A stretch of 32,000 bases of DNA, taken from contig NC_008312.1 of assembly GCF_000014265.1 (NCBI RefSeq), positions 4,560,001 through 4,592,000 of the forward strand. Direction: 5' to 3'. This document shows, piece by piece, positions 13,363 to 22,663 of the stretch (the stretch's first letter is position 1; each line of letters opens with the position of its first letter). The notes under the pieces are model-generated. The model searched no databases, had not been told where the DNA came from, and saw only the letters and a program-made list of their open reading frames with translations. The translations under genes were made by a program, and so were the position numbers. The stretch comes from Trichodesmium erythraeum IMS101. GTDB lineage: Bacteria > Cyanobacteriota > Cyanobacteriia > Cyanobacteriales > Microcoleaceae.

Positions 13363-14745
13363 TTGGCATTCCTAATCTCTATGCTGCGAATAATTACTGA
13401 GTGGGTTGAGGCACAAGCTGAATTAAAACGGATTACAGAGCGTACCCACGATGATATGGCTATTCATAAAGAAACAACGGTGCGAGAAATTTTGCGCAAC
13501 GTTAGAGAAAAAGGTGATGAGGCTCTATTAAACTATACTTCTGAGTTTGACCATATCACCTTGACTTCAGAAGAGTTAAAGATAAGTGGTTCTGAGTTAG
13601 ATGCAGCCTATCAGCAAGTCAATAAGGACTTATTAAGTTCCATTCGTTTGGCTGCTAAACAGATAAAGGCTTTTCACCGACAACAAATTCCTAAGTCCTG
13701 GGTTCAGTTTGGTGATGATGAAGTGGTCTTGGGCAAACGTTACACTCCTGTGGATAGAGCTGGACTTTATGTTCCTGGTGGTCAGGCTGCTTATCCTAGT
13801 ACAGTTCTGATGAACGCTATTCCAGCTCAAGTGGCTAAAGTCCCCAAGATTGTTATGGTGACACCACCCTCTCAAGGAAAAAAAATTAATCCTGCGGTAC
13901 TGGTGGCTGCTCAAGAGGCAGGTATTCAGGAAATTTATCGAATTGGAGGTGCTCAGGCAATAGCGGCTCTGGCTTATGGTACAGAGACTATACCCAAAGT
14001 GGATGTGATTACTGGGCCTGGGAATATATATGTAACTTTGGCCAAAAAAATTGTTTATGGTACAGTAGGTATTGATTCTTTGGCTGGGCCTTCAGAGGTG
14101 CTGATTATTGCAGATTCTGAGGCTAATCCAGTTTATGTGGCAGCAGATATGTTGGCCCAAGCAGAACATGATTCTTTGGCTGCTGCTATTTTATTGACTA
14201 CAGATTTAGAACTAGCACGTCAGGTGGTGGTAGAGGTGGAACGACAACTTGAAGATCATCCACGTCGCACTTTGACGGAAAAAGCGATCGCCCATTATGG
14301 TTTGGTGGTTGTTGTTTCATCTTTTGAAGATGCTGTTGAACTTTCTAATCAATTTGCTCCAGAACACTTGGAGTTGGAAGTTTCAGATCCTTGGGAACTA
14401 CTGGAAAATATTCGCCATGCTGGTGCTATTTTCCTTGGTTATTCAACTCCGGAAGCTGTGGGAGATTATTTGGCTGGGCCGAATCACACTTTACCTACTT
14501 CTGGTGCTGCTCGTTATGCTTCAGCATTGGGAGTAGAAACTTTTCTGAAGCATTCTAGTTTGGTTCAATATTCTCCTACTGCTTTGCAAAAGGTTGCTTC
14601 TGATATTGATTTATTGGCCACAGCTGAGGGTTTGCATTCTCATGCTAACTCAGTTAGATTGAGGATGAAAGCTCATGAACATGAACAACCTGAGTTAGTA
14701 AAACAAGAAACAATTAGTCAGGAGCACGACGGTAAAAATTTATAA
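13363..14745 (+). CDS. hisD: Histidinol dehydrogenase
   Basis: 460-aa ORF with the HisD motifs GLYVPGG.AAYPS, AGPSEVLIIAD, QAEHD, APEHLEL and GDYLAGPNHTLPT. The probable true start is MLRIITE at 13381. It is transcribed divergently from rpsT. Confidence 0.95.
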   Translation: MAFLISMLRIITEWVEAQAELKRITERTHDDMAIHKETTVREILRNVREKGDEALLNYTSEFDHITLTSEELKISGSELDAAYQQVNKDLLSSIRLAAKQIKAFHRQQIPKSWVQFGDDEVVLGKRYTPVDRAGLYVPGGQAAYPSTVLMNAIPAQVAKVPKIVMVTPPSQGKKINPAVLVAAQEAGIQEIYRIGGAQAIAALAYGTETIPKVDVITGPGNIYVTLAKKIVYGTVGIDSLAGPSEVLIIADSEANPVYVAADMLAQAEHDSLAAAILLTTDLELARQVVVEVERQLEDHPRRTLTEKAIAHYGLVVVVSSFEDAVELSNQFAPEHLELEVSDPWELLENIRHAGAIFLGYSTPEAVGDYLAGPNHTLPTSGAARYASALGVETFLKHSSLVQYSPTALQKVASDIDLLATAEGLHSHANSVRLRMKAHEHEQPELVKQETISQEHDGKNL

Positions 14746-15287
14746 ATGATGCTAGGTGACTCCCGTTAGAATCTTTAGATCGCGGGAGAATATGTTATTT
14801 CAGTTATCGGTTATCACTTCATCAGTAACTCTGGCTACAGTATCCAACTCGAAATGCTAATATTGTTTTTTTGTCAATTAGACTGTCTTTCATCCTTTGG
14901 TATTCCCTAGCTAGATTTTGTTTTTTACCTTCCTAGAATAATACTACTTCCTAAAAAACAGGTTTGGGGTCTCGGCTATTGCTGACATTAAAGTTGGAGC
15001 AAGTACAGTAACTATATTACTCTCTTGGGAAGTCGAATGAACTAATACCTATTCCACACGGGATCGTGCTCTGCACTACCAAATCAATAATAATTTGAAA
15101 TTAAAACAAATTTTAATATCTAAGTCTTAAATACCTAAGAAAGTTAAAAAAACCAAATTTTCTCACTTGAGAAGATTTAGACTAAATAGGGTTTGACAAA
15201 TATTTAGGTAAGGTACGAAAATTAGTTTTCAAATTTCTTAAAATTTACAACATTCTTGGATATATCAAATCAGACAAAACAACACGG

Positions 15288-15863
15288 ATGAAAACTTTTT
15301 TCAAAAGGTCTATAGCTGCACTTACAACTTTAGGGTTATTGACTTTATCTTCTATAATTCCCGCGAAGGCAAATTTGTTTAACCAAAAAGAAGTTGAACA
15401 ATCTAGATATGTTGCAATTGCCATTCGCCGTGATTTTGGGCCACAATTACTAATTTTAGAGCAAAAAACTGATACCAGACAATGCTGGAGTGAAAGTGGC
15501 GATCGTCCTACGTTGGTCGATCCCCTGTTACTAAATTTCGATTTTACAGGCATTTGTGGCCGTGCTACTGACAGTAATGGTTATTCTATCCGAATGGCTA
15601 ATACTGATCTAGCTCTTGACTATGCTCTCTCTTTACAAGAGAGTGGGGGTGATATACGACTGATGGGTATTTCTCGTGTTGATTCTAATGCACCACGACT
15701 ACTTATTGGTAGAACTTATGGTTTGGCAAATGGATTTACTAAGATTATTCTTGAACCTGGGTGGCGGTTTGCTAAAAGAAGTTATCAGGGTAAAGAGTTA
15801 GGACACATATATGTTACTACTGACTGGATGCCAACAGAGTTAGAAAGCTACAATTCCCAATAG
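15288..15863 (+). CDS. Secreted conserved cyanobacterial protein of unknown function (DUF3747-like, recognised from memory)
   Basis: 191-aa ORF. The N-terminal signal peptide is MKTFFKRSIAALTTLGLLTLSSIIPAKA/NLF. The core CWSESG...VDPLLLNFDFTGICGRATDSNGYSIRM resembles a cyanobacteria-restricted family. A strong terminator follows the gene. Confidence 0.7.
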   Translation: MKTFFKRSIAALTTLGLLTLSSIIPAKANLFNQKEVEQSRYVAIAIRRDFGPQLLILEQKTDTRQCWSESGDRPTLVDPLLLNFDFTGICGRATDSNGYSIRMANTDLALDYALSLQESGGDIRLMGISRVDSNAPRLLIGRTYGLANGFTKIILEPGWRFAKRSYQGKELGHIYVTTDWMPTELESYNSQ

Positions 15864-15904
15864 ATGTATCTCGATTAATTTAAATTATTTGAAATTTAAA
15901 TTTC

Positions 15905-15935
15905 AAAAAGCGGTCATTAGAAATGACCGCTTTTT
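15905..15935. terminator. Bidirectional intrinsic terminator
   Basis: The sequence is AAAAA-GCGGTCATT-aga-AATGACCGC-TTTTT. It forms a perfect 9-bp GC-containing stem flanked by an A-run and a T-run. It sits 42 nt after the stop of the 15288..15863 gene, in a convergent gap. Confidence 0.75.
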
Positions 15936-16031
15936 GATAATGTTTAACAAAAATTAAAAGAGATGTGACACAACAATAGTGTCTGAATTTTACTAGAGAT
16001 TTTTAACAGAATTTAAAATTATTATTCAGAA

Positions 16032-16070
16032 AGAGCATCGACGACTGGCCGTGTTTCGTCTCGATGCTCT
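16032..16070 (-). terminator. Possible intrinsic terminator for the minus-strand hydrolase gene
   Basis: AGAGCATCGA (16032..16041) pairs perfectly with TCGATGCTCT (16061..16070), and inner pairing extends the stem. This is a locally GC-rich hairpin in AT-rich DNA. On the minus strand it is followed by TTCTGAATAATAATTTT. It could instead be a small structured RNA. Confidence 0.35.
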
Positions 16071-16165
16071 CGCTGATTTCGCTCCTCACACGACTAATAT
16101 TATAACTTACTAAGTTAATTTTGTCACGACTATTAATATATTTTTTTTTATTAATTTTATAAGTT

Positions 16166-17068
16166 TTACATATTAATCATTTTAGCTAACCAATCTAAAA
16201 TCAAAGAGTTAACTATTGTAGGCCTTTCATCATGGGCACAATGACCTGTGTTTGGTATGGGTTCAAATTGAATAACTCCACTTTTGTCTGCTAAGTCTTG
16301 ATAAATTTGGGCACCAGATATTGGTGTCCAAGGGTCTTTTTCTCCCCAGATCACTAACAATGGAGCTTTAATTTTTGGTAACAATTCTGAGGGATGAGGT
16401 CCAGCCGGTGCGGTGAGAATTGAAGCAAAAACTTTTTGGGCTCCAGCATCGCAAGAGGGACGATGAATTATTTCTACTAATTCTTCTGTGACAGCTTCTT
16501 TATTTATATAGACTTGTTTGAGAGTATTACGGATGCGATGTTTTTGACGGACTTGGTTAAAAATAAATGGTCCTAAAACTGGGGAGCTTACTAATTTGGT
16601 AAACATCCCCATGATGAATCTTAGGGGCAGATTTAATTCTTGGGGTCGATGGTTTAAACCTCCTGCACAATTAATGAGAATTCCTCCTGTGGCAATTTCT
16701 GGGTAACTCGCTAGTATCATTAGACTGAGTAATGCACCTATTGAATTGCCTACAAAGACAGTAGGTTGGCGAATATGTGCGCTCCAGAAGTCGTATATTA
16801 GTTCTTCCCAGAGTTCCATTGAATAATCTATGGAAGGCTTAGAAGATGCTCCAAATCCTAGTAAGTCCAGGGCAAATACTTGGTAACCAGATTTAGCGAG
16901 GAGAGGGATATTATTACGCCAGTGATTTATGGATGCACCAAAACCATGGGTTAATAGTAAAGGTTGTCCAGTTCCCATCATGGTATATTGGATATTATGG
17001 TTTTTCCAACTCCAGTTATACTGCCTTAGCTGGTTATCTAAAGTTGGGTTTGATGTAATTACGTTCAT
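16166..17068 (-). CDS. Alpha/beta-fold hydrolase
   Basis: 300-aa ORF with the HGFGAS oxyanion motif, the nucleophile elbow GNSIGA (G-x-S-x-G), and the C-terminal catalytic-His region NTGHCAHDERP. Confidence 0.85.
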   Translation of the reverse strand: MNVITSNPTLDNQLRQYNWSWKNHNIQYTMMGTGQPLLLTHGFGASINHWRNNIPLLAKSGYQVFALDLLGFGASSKPSIDYSMELWEELIYDFWSAHIRQPTVFVGNSIGALLSLMILASYPEIATGGILINCAGGLNHRPQELNLPLRFIMGMFTKLVSSPVLGPFIFNQVRQKHRIRNTLKQVYINKEAVTEELVEIIHRPSCDAGAQKVFASILTAPAGPHPSELLPKIKAPLLVIWGEKDPWTPISGAQIYQDLADKSGVIQFEPIPNTGHCAHDERPTIVNSLILDWLAKMINM

Positions 17069-17713
17069 TTTATAAACTTTTGTAAAGTTGCATAATTATC
17101 ATAATAGAAATATTGGTAAAATAATAGTCTATCTATAGCTTTAAGCGTTTATATATTAGCTATCAGCTCAAGTAAAAACTATTGGCAGTAAAGGATTCTA
17201 ATTTTATCAATTTTCTAAAATTTTTTTGTAGTACTCTAAAATGATCACTAAAAGCTTTAGCTGGCAATAGTTATTCTCATAAACTCCCACTGTCTAGTTT
17301 ATACTCATCTTTCCTGATTTTTTTATTCTCCTAAACTTATTAAAATAGAGCTTTTTAAACTCATTTATAGTTAAGCGATCGCCTTTTATAAAGGTATTGT
17401 TTTGTTTTTGTATAATTCTTCTTAATCATAATGTTATTATAAATATGGTTTATAGCAGGTATATATTAGTATATGCATCTAATAAAAACTATGAATAATA
17501 CTTTATTTAGGTCAAAATTTTTGGCAAATAATTTTATTTATATACAGTTTTATTTTTATTTAGTATAAGCCTGAAATTAATTGATATATACATTATTATT
17601 AAATGAATGCCAGTAAAATATTTTATCTTAATTTTAACGAAAAATAAAAATTGTATACTAACAACAATCTATTTTTTACATATCACTAAAAATATGCTGA
17701 TTGTTTGCCTTTA

Positions 17714-18703
17714 TTATTTTATTTTTTTACGACTTTCAATAATTTCTAAATTAGCCATTCTATCCTTAAGCATCATCCGCACAACATCTGGCATTTTATA
17801 ATCTGCTTTCCATCCTAATTTTTGTTCAGCTTTAATTGGATTTGCCTTACTAACAAAAATATCAGTAGGACGATATAAACCCTTATCTATCTCTACATAA
17901 TCCTGCCAATTTAATCCTACAGCGGCAAAAGCTTCTAATACAAAATCCTGCAAAGAATAAGTTTTTCCAGTAGCAATTATATAATCATCTGGTTTATCTT
18001 GCTGTAACATTAAAAACATTGCTTTTACATATTCTGGTGCCCAACCCCAATCTCTTTGTACTGAAATATTTCCTAAAGATAATTTCTCTTTACTACCTTG
18101 AGCAATTCTAGAAACAACTGAGACAATTTTTTGAGTAACAAAACGTTGAGGTCTGAGAGGAGATTCGTGATTAAATAAAATTCCAGAACAAGCAAATAAA
18201 TTATAAGCTTCTCGATAATTTGCTACTTCCCAAAAAGCTGCAGATTTAGCAACAGCGTAAGGACTTCTAGGGCGAAATGGAGTAATCTCTGTCGCAGTTT
18301 GACCTTCTGTATCCCCAAAACATTCACTGGAACTAGCATTGTATAGTTTAATTTTTTCTCCAATAAAACGAATTGCTTCTAATAAATTCAATGTACCAGT
18401 AGCGATACTTTCTAGTGTTTCTACAGGTTGCTCAAAAGATAAACCTACTGAACTTTGACCAGCTAGATTATAAATTTCATCTGGTTGATATTTGGTTAAT
18501 ATTTGTAAGACACTTCTAAAGTCATTTAAAGACATAGAATCTAACTTTATCTGTTCACGAATACCTAAATAAGATAAGTTTTTAAAGGTAGACATTTGAG
18601 CATCTCTGGAAGTGCCACAAACATTGTAACCTTTTTCGAGTAACAATTTAGCTAAGTAGGAACCATCTTGACCGGAAATTCCTGAAATTAATGCTGTTTT
18701 CAT
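17714..18703 (-). CDS. gmd: GDP-mannose 4,6-dehydratase (short bacterial type)
   Basis: 329-aa ORF with a Rossmann GISGQDGSYLAKLLLEKGY, SSSECFG, the catalytic SPYAVAK (YxxxK) and ILFNHESPLR. It is close over its full length to Pseudomonas-type Gmd as I recall it. Confidence 0.92.
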   Translation of the reverse strand: MKTALISGISGQDGSYLAKLLLEKGYNVCGTSRDAQMSTFKNLSYLGIREQIKLDSMSLNDFRSVLQILTKYQPDEIYNLAGQSSVGLSFEQPVETLESIATGTLNLLEAIRFIGEKIKLYNASSSECFGDTEGQTATEITPFRPRSPYAVAKSAAFWEVANYREAYNLFACSGILFNHESPLRPQRFVTQKIVSVVSRIAQGSKEKLSLGNISVQRDWGWAPEYVKAMFLMLQQDKPDDYIIATGKTYSLQDFVLEAFAAVGLNWQDYVEIDKGLYRPTDIFVSKANPIKAEQKLGWKADYKMPDVVRMMLKDRMANLEIIESRKKIK

Positions 18704-18904
18704 AATCTTAAAATAAGGAAAAAAGAGGTAAATAGTAGGAGATAATGTTTAGGGATTTTTTTTGCTAAAAAAAATCTCCTAATTTAAATTGTCATTAATA
18801 AAGTTGATCAGTATACCAATAAGCACTTTTATTAGGATAATACTAAGGCTTAAAACTTATTTATAGATTAATTTTTATTATAACTTTTCCGTAGTTATAT
18901 TATA

Positions 18905-21265
18905 TTAATCTTGGATTGTTTCTGCGAGTATTTTCGCCAGATTTTTGATATGAGCTGCATAGTTTTTTGTATTTTTATTTAGTAATATTTTTTCCTGATT
19001 TTCCTGTTTTAATTTTGTTGTTTCTAGTTCTTTTTTAGTTTGCTTAAGTTGGGATTGATAGGTATTGAGTTGTTCCTGATGTTTGGATAACTGAGATTGA
19101 GATTGTTCTAATTCTGCTTGTACTTCATCTAATTGGAATTGAGTAATTTCTAATTCTTCTCGTATATCGTGTAGCTCGGAGTGAGATTTATCTAATTCTG
19201 TTTTAATATTTTGTAATTCTGATTCAGCATTTTTGGCTTTTTCTTGATTTTGCTGAAGTTGAGACTGGGTAGATGTTAATTGCTGGGAAATTTCGTCTCT
19301 TTGTGATTGAGTATTTTCTAATTTTTCCCGAGTTTTTTGTAATTCTGATTCAGCATTTTTGGCTTTTTCTTGATTTTGCTGAAGTTGAGACTGGGTAGAT
19401 GTTAATTGCTGGGAAATTTCGTCTCTTTGTGATTGAGTATTTTCTAATTTTTCCCGAGTTTTTTGTAATTCTGATTCAGCATTTTTGGCTTTTTCTTGAT
19501 TTTGCTGAAGTTGAGACTGGGTAGATGTTAATTGCTGGGAAATTTCGTCTCTTTGTGATTGAGTATTTTCTAATTTTTCCCGAGTTTTTTGTAATTCTGA
19601 TTCAGCATTTTTGGCTTTTTCTTGATTCTGCTGAAGTTGACAGTGGAACTTTTCTAATTCTCCTAATATTTGGTCTCTTTGATATTGGATAGTTTCTAAT
19701 TCTGTTTGATTTTGCTCAAGTTGAGACTGAGTAGATACTAATTTTTGGGAAAGTTCGTTTGTCTGATACTGACTATTTTCTAAGTTTGTCTGGGTTTGCT
19801 GAAGTTGAGATTGTATCTGCCGAAATTGTGCCTCAGACAAAACACTTTTTCCTACTTCATCAATATCTATATCTCGAAAAACAGGAGTACTATTCCAAGG
19901 TTCAAAAGGTATAAGTTTTGCAGTGGAAAAATGGGGGCGAAAGAAATATTTTCCTGTTTGATTTAAGAGGCAAGCACCAAAAGCAAAAGCCGTATTAGAA
20001 ATAGCAACAAAATCACACTTACTCAATAAGAAAAAATTCAGATATTCTAGATTAACCTCTACCTCCAAATCTCGAACCGTTATAGGATTATATTCAGCAA
20101 AATACCCCTTATTTATTTCTTCTATATTATCGCTGGCGATAAATAAAACTGGTTCCTCTAAAGTTTCCCATAAACCATGTAGCCAAATTTTATACCATTC
20201 ATTAGGAGCAACAACAGAATTATTATTTTCATCTGAGTGTAATTGTAAATGTAAACCAATAATAGTTTTGCCAAGAGATCGCAACTTTTCCCAAGCAACT
20301 TTTACTAGAGTTTCTATTTCTGCTACAGGTTGAAATAAAGAACAAAAATATTCTTTGTGATTTCTGTAATAGCTAGTGTGATATAAAAAATATCCTTGAA
20401 TATCTACATTTTTCCAAATTTCTCTATTACCAGGGAAAATTTCATTATTATTCTCAACAACTACAGGCAAATATTCATGAATTTCTCTATCTTTATGTCC
20501 AAACAAATGTTGACCTAACCATTTAGGAATCTCTACAGATAACCTATTTTCTTGAGCATATATTTTTAAGAAAGCATACTGAAAGATTTGATTTCCAAAT
20601 CCGCCATTTTTGCCAAAAGTAGACATAGTAACGACTTGTTTTCTCACATAAAAAGCATTTCCCCAAGATGGGTGAAAAGGTTTTGCTATTGCTACCCTAC
20701 TAAAACCAGTCTGTGCTAAAAATTCATCAATTTTTTCTGCTAAAGCACAACCTTCATAGAGTTCTTCATAATTAACTTTGGTGTAAACTGCATCTATATA
20801 TTTAAGTAGATTAGTTGCTCCTTGTAATGCTAAAAGTTCTGCTCCTTGAATATCAAGATTAAGGATATTAAAATCTTTTGGAGATAACTCTAATTCTTGT
20901 AACAAAGTATCCAGAGTTTTTGCTTCAACTATGAGTTGATGAGCTTCTTTAATATTGGGGTAAATATCTCGATAATATTTCAATGGAAAAATAGAACTAT
21001 TTTGCTCCATTGAGTTAACATATAATCTTACTTTTCCATTTTGATTACTAATAGCATAGTTAACAGCTTGTACATCAATAGATGCTGTGGCGATATTTGC
21101 TTTTAATTTTTCAAATACTATTGGGTTAGCTTCAATAAAGAGAATTTTTGATATGCTTAAATTCTCATAAAGTTTGATATCTTTACCATCATAAGCACCT
21201 ACATGAATAATACCTTTAGGGACGACTGAATTTTGAGTAAAAAGATTCCTTAAGTCTAACTTCAT
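18905..21265 (-). CDS. Three-module fusion protein: FkbM-family methyltransferase (aa 1-~208) + GT11-like alpha-1,2-fucosyltransferase-type domain (aa ~214-470) + Q/E-rich coiled coil (aa ~475-786)
   Basis: 786-aa ORF. The N-terminal part (HVGAYDGKD...FIEANP...LDIQGAE) looks like FkbM/Methyltransf_21. The middle domain has GGFGNQIFQYAF near its start and FLLSKCDFVAISNTAFAFGACLLN near its end, matching the GT11 motifs GGLGNQMFQYAF and ...IIANSTFSWWAAYL. The C-terminal ~310 aa is heptad-like, Q/E/K-rich, and contains exact 42-aa repeats. Confidence 0.8.
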   Translation of the reverse strand: MKLDLRNLFTQNSVVPKGIIHVGAYDGKDIKLYENLSISKILFIEANPIVFEKLKANIATASIDVQAVNYAISNQNGKVRLYVNSMEQNSSIFPLKYYRDIYPNIKEAHQLIVEAKTLDTLLQELELSPKDFNILNLDIQGAELLALQGATNLLKYIDAVYTKVNYEELYEGCALAEKIDEFLAQTGFSRVAIAKPFHPSWGNAFYVRKQVVTMSTFGKNGGFGNQIFQYAFLKIYAQENRLSVEIPKWLGQHLFGHKDREIHEYLPVVVENNNEIFPGNREIWKNVDIQGYFLYHTSYYRNHKEYFCSLFQPVAEIETLVKVAWEKLRSLGKTIIGLHLQLHSDENNNSVVAPNEWYKIWLHGLWETLEEPVLFIASDNIEEINKGYFAEYNPITVRDLEVEVNLEYLNFFLLSKCDFVAISNTAFAFGACLLNQTGKYFFRPHFSTAKLIPFEPWNSTPVFRDIDIDEVGKSVLSEAQFRQIQSQLQQTQTNLENSQYQTNELSQKLVSTQSQLEQNQTELETIQYQRDQILGELEKFHCQLQQNQEKAKNAESELQKTREKLENTQSQRDEISQQLTSTQSQLQQNQEKAKNAESELQKTREKLENTQSQRDEISQQLTSTQSQLQQNQEKAKNAESELQKTREKLENTQSQRDEISQQLTSTQSQLQQNQEKAKNAESELQNIKTELDKSHSELHDIREELEITQFQLDEVQAELEQSQSQLSKHQEQLNTYQSQLKQTKKELETTKLKQENQEKILLNKNTKNYAAHIKNLAKILAETIQD
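19209..19640. repeat. Tandem repeat of a 126-bp unit, ~3.4 copies, in frame inside the 786-aa CDS
   Basis: The units at 19213..19338, 19339..19464 and 19465..19590 are identical base for base when I align them. The fourth, partial unit (19591..19640) has one T>C change at 19628. Each unit encodes LQQNQEKAKNAESELQKTREKLENTQSQRDEISQQLTSTQSQ (42 aa). Older, diverged copies flank the array (e.g. NLENSQYQTNELSQKLVSTQSQLEQNQ). Confidence 0.95.
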
Positions 21266-21355
21266 TCTGATTAATACTTAAATTGATAAATAGTTTTTGA
21301 ATGTGTAATATATTTTAGCTTAATATAGTGAACCGTAAAAAAACTATACTTAACT

Positions 21356-22321
21356 GTGAATGTGTTAGAAAAACAGCAAAAAGCAGCAGAATATTTGGCC
21401 AGAGGTGAATTTGACCTAGCGATCGCTCTATGTCATCAAATTATAGAGGTAAAACCAGATTTTATTCTAGCCTATCAAACTATAGGAAATGCTTGGGAAA
21501 TTCAGGGAAATTTAGAAGCTGCCATGAGTTGGTATGCTCAGGCATTAAAAATTCAACCTAATAACCCAGAATTATACAAAATTACTGGTAATTTATATTC
21601 TCGAAAAAAACAGTGGGATGAAGCGATCGCTTACTATGAAAAGGCTATTAAACTAGAACCGAGTTTAACAGAAGTATATGAAAAGTTAGGGCATATTTTT
21701 AAACAACGTTATCAGGAAAATTTACAAGCAGCATTAAATAATTATCGTCAAGCAATAGAATATTCTCCAGGGGATGAAAGTAATTACTATAAAATCTTAG
21801 AAATTCAGCCATATCATCCAGAAATATGTCGGAAATTGGCGAATACTTTATTGAGCAAAAATAAACTAGGAACGGCAATAATTTTTTATCAAATTGCTTT
21901 AATAACTGAACCAGAAAATTCAGAAATTCATTTTAATCTAGGCAAACTATTGACAACACAAGGTTATTTATTTGAGGCGATATCTGAATATAAACTTGCC
22001 TTAGAGGTAGAGAAAAATAATCCAGATATTTATCTACAACTTGGCATAGTTTTGGCAAAACAAGAAAGGTGGTCAGAAGCGATCGCCTCCTATCGCCGTA
22101 CTATTGAAATTAATCCTAATTTAGATTCTGCTTATAACTATTTAGGAGAAATTTTAACAAAAGTAGGAGAGTTGGAAGAAGGAATTTATATGTTTCAAAA
22201 AGCAATAAATATCAATCCCAACTCATATTTATTTCAGAAAAATTTGGGTGATGCTTTAGCAAAGCAGGGAAAAATAGATGAAGCAAGTGTAGCTTATAGT
22301 CGTGCCATTGAATTAGGGTAA
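21356..22321 (+). CDS. Tetratricopeptide-repeat (TPR) protein
   Basis: 321-aa ORF with a GTG start per the ORF track. It consists almost entirely of 34-aa TPR units (e.g. AYQTIGNAWEIQGNLEAAMSWYAQALKIQPNNP). It is transcribed divergently from the 786-aa gene, 90 bp away. Confidence 0.85.
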   Translation: MNVLEKQQKAAEYLARGEFDLAIALCHQIIEVKPDFILAYQTIGNAWEIQGNLEAAMSWYAQALKIQPNNPELYKITGNLYSRKKQWDEAIAYYEKAIKLEPSLTEVYEKLGHIFKQRYQENLQAALNNYRQAIEYSPGDESNYYKILEIQPYHPEICRKLANTLLSKNKLGTAIIFYQIALITEPENSEIHFNLGKLLTTQGYLFEAISEYKLALEVEKNNPDIYLQLGIVLAKQERWSEAIASYRRTIEINPNLDSAYNYLGEILTKVGELEEGIYMFQKAININPNSYLFQKNLGDALAKQGKIDEASVAYSRAIELG

Positions 22322-22663
22322 AAAGTAAAATAAAAATTTCATCTTTTAATTTACAATATCTGAGGAAATTATATGAAATAGGTTGATTTTTTCTACTGGT
22401 ATATTTGGTATATTGATAGGAGAATAGTCAGATAGGAAAATTCATGGATAGCATCATTTTTTTTTGTATTTGATATTAGATGATATATGTAAGTAGTTAG
22501 GCAAAATTATTTGTGGTAGTTTTGTACAAATCGTGAGATTTTGATAACAATTTAAATAGGCAAGTAATTACTATTATTTGGAAATAAGTTATCTAAATTT
22601 TATCAACGTAAAACTTTATTTGTAAAAGTAATTTATCAAGCTTAAAAAACCAATGCCTCAAGG

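Noticed and set aside
13633-14536. ORFs 13633..13914 (minus strand) and 14297..14536 (plus strand, alternative frame)
   Set aside because: Both are embedded in hisD, whose own frame carries all the conserved motifs.
14758-14790. Hairpin CTCCCG-n17-CGGGAG just after the hisD stop, considered as a terminator
   Set aside because: The stem is only 6 bp, the loop is large, and no U-tract follows. This is too weak to call.
15245-15553. 102-aa minus-strand ORF
   Set aside because: It overlaps, in antisense, the signal-peptide-bearing 15288..15863 gene. That gene has the conserved motifs and its own terminator.
17607-17801. 64-aa plus-strand ORF
   Set aside because: An AT-rich, hydrophobic, low-complexity translation that overlaps the 3' end of gmd in antisense. 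It is most likely a product of base composition.
19209-19640. Regular repeat array considered as a possible CRISPR
   Set aside because: The units are 126 bp and contiguous with no spacers. They are in frame within a long ORF and translate to a coiled-coil repeat. No cas genes are nearby.
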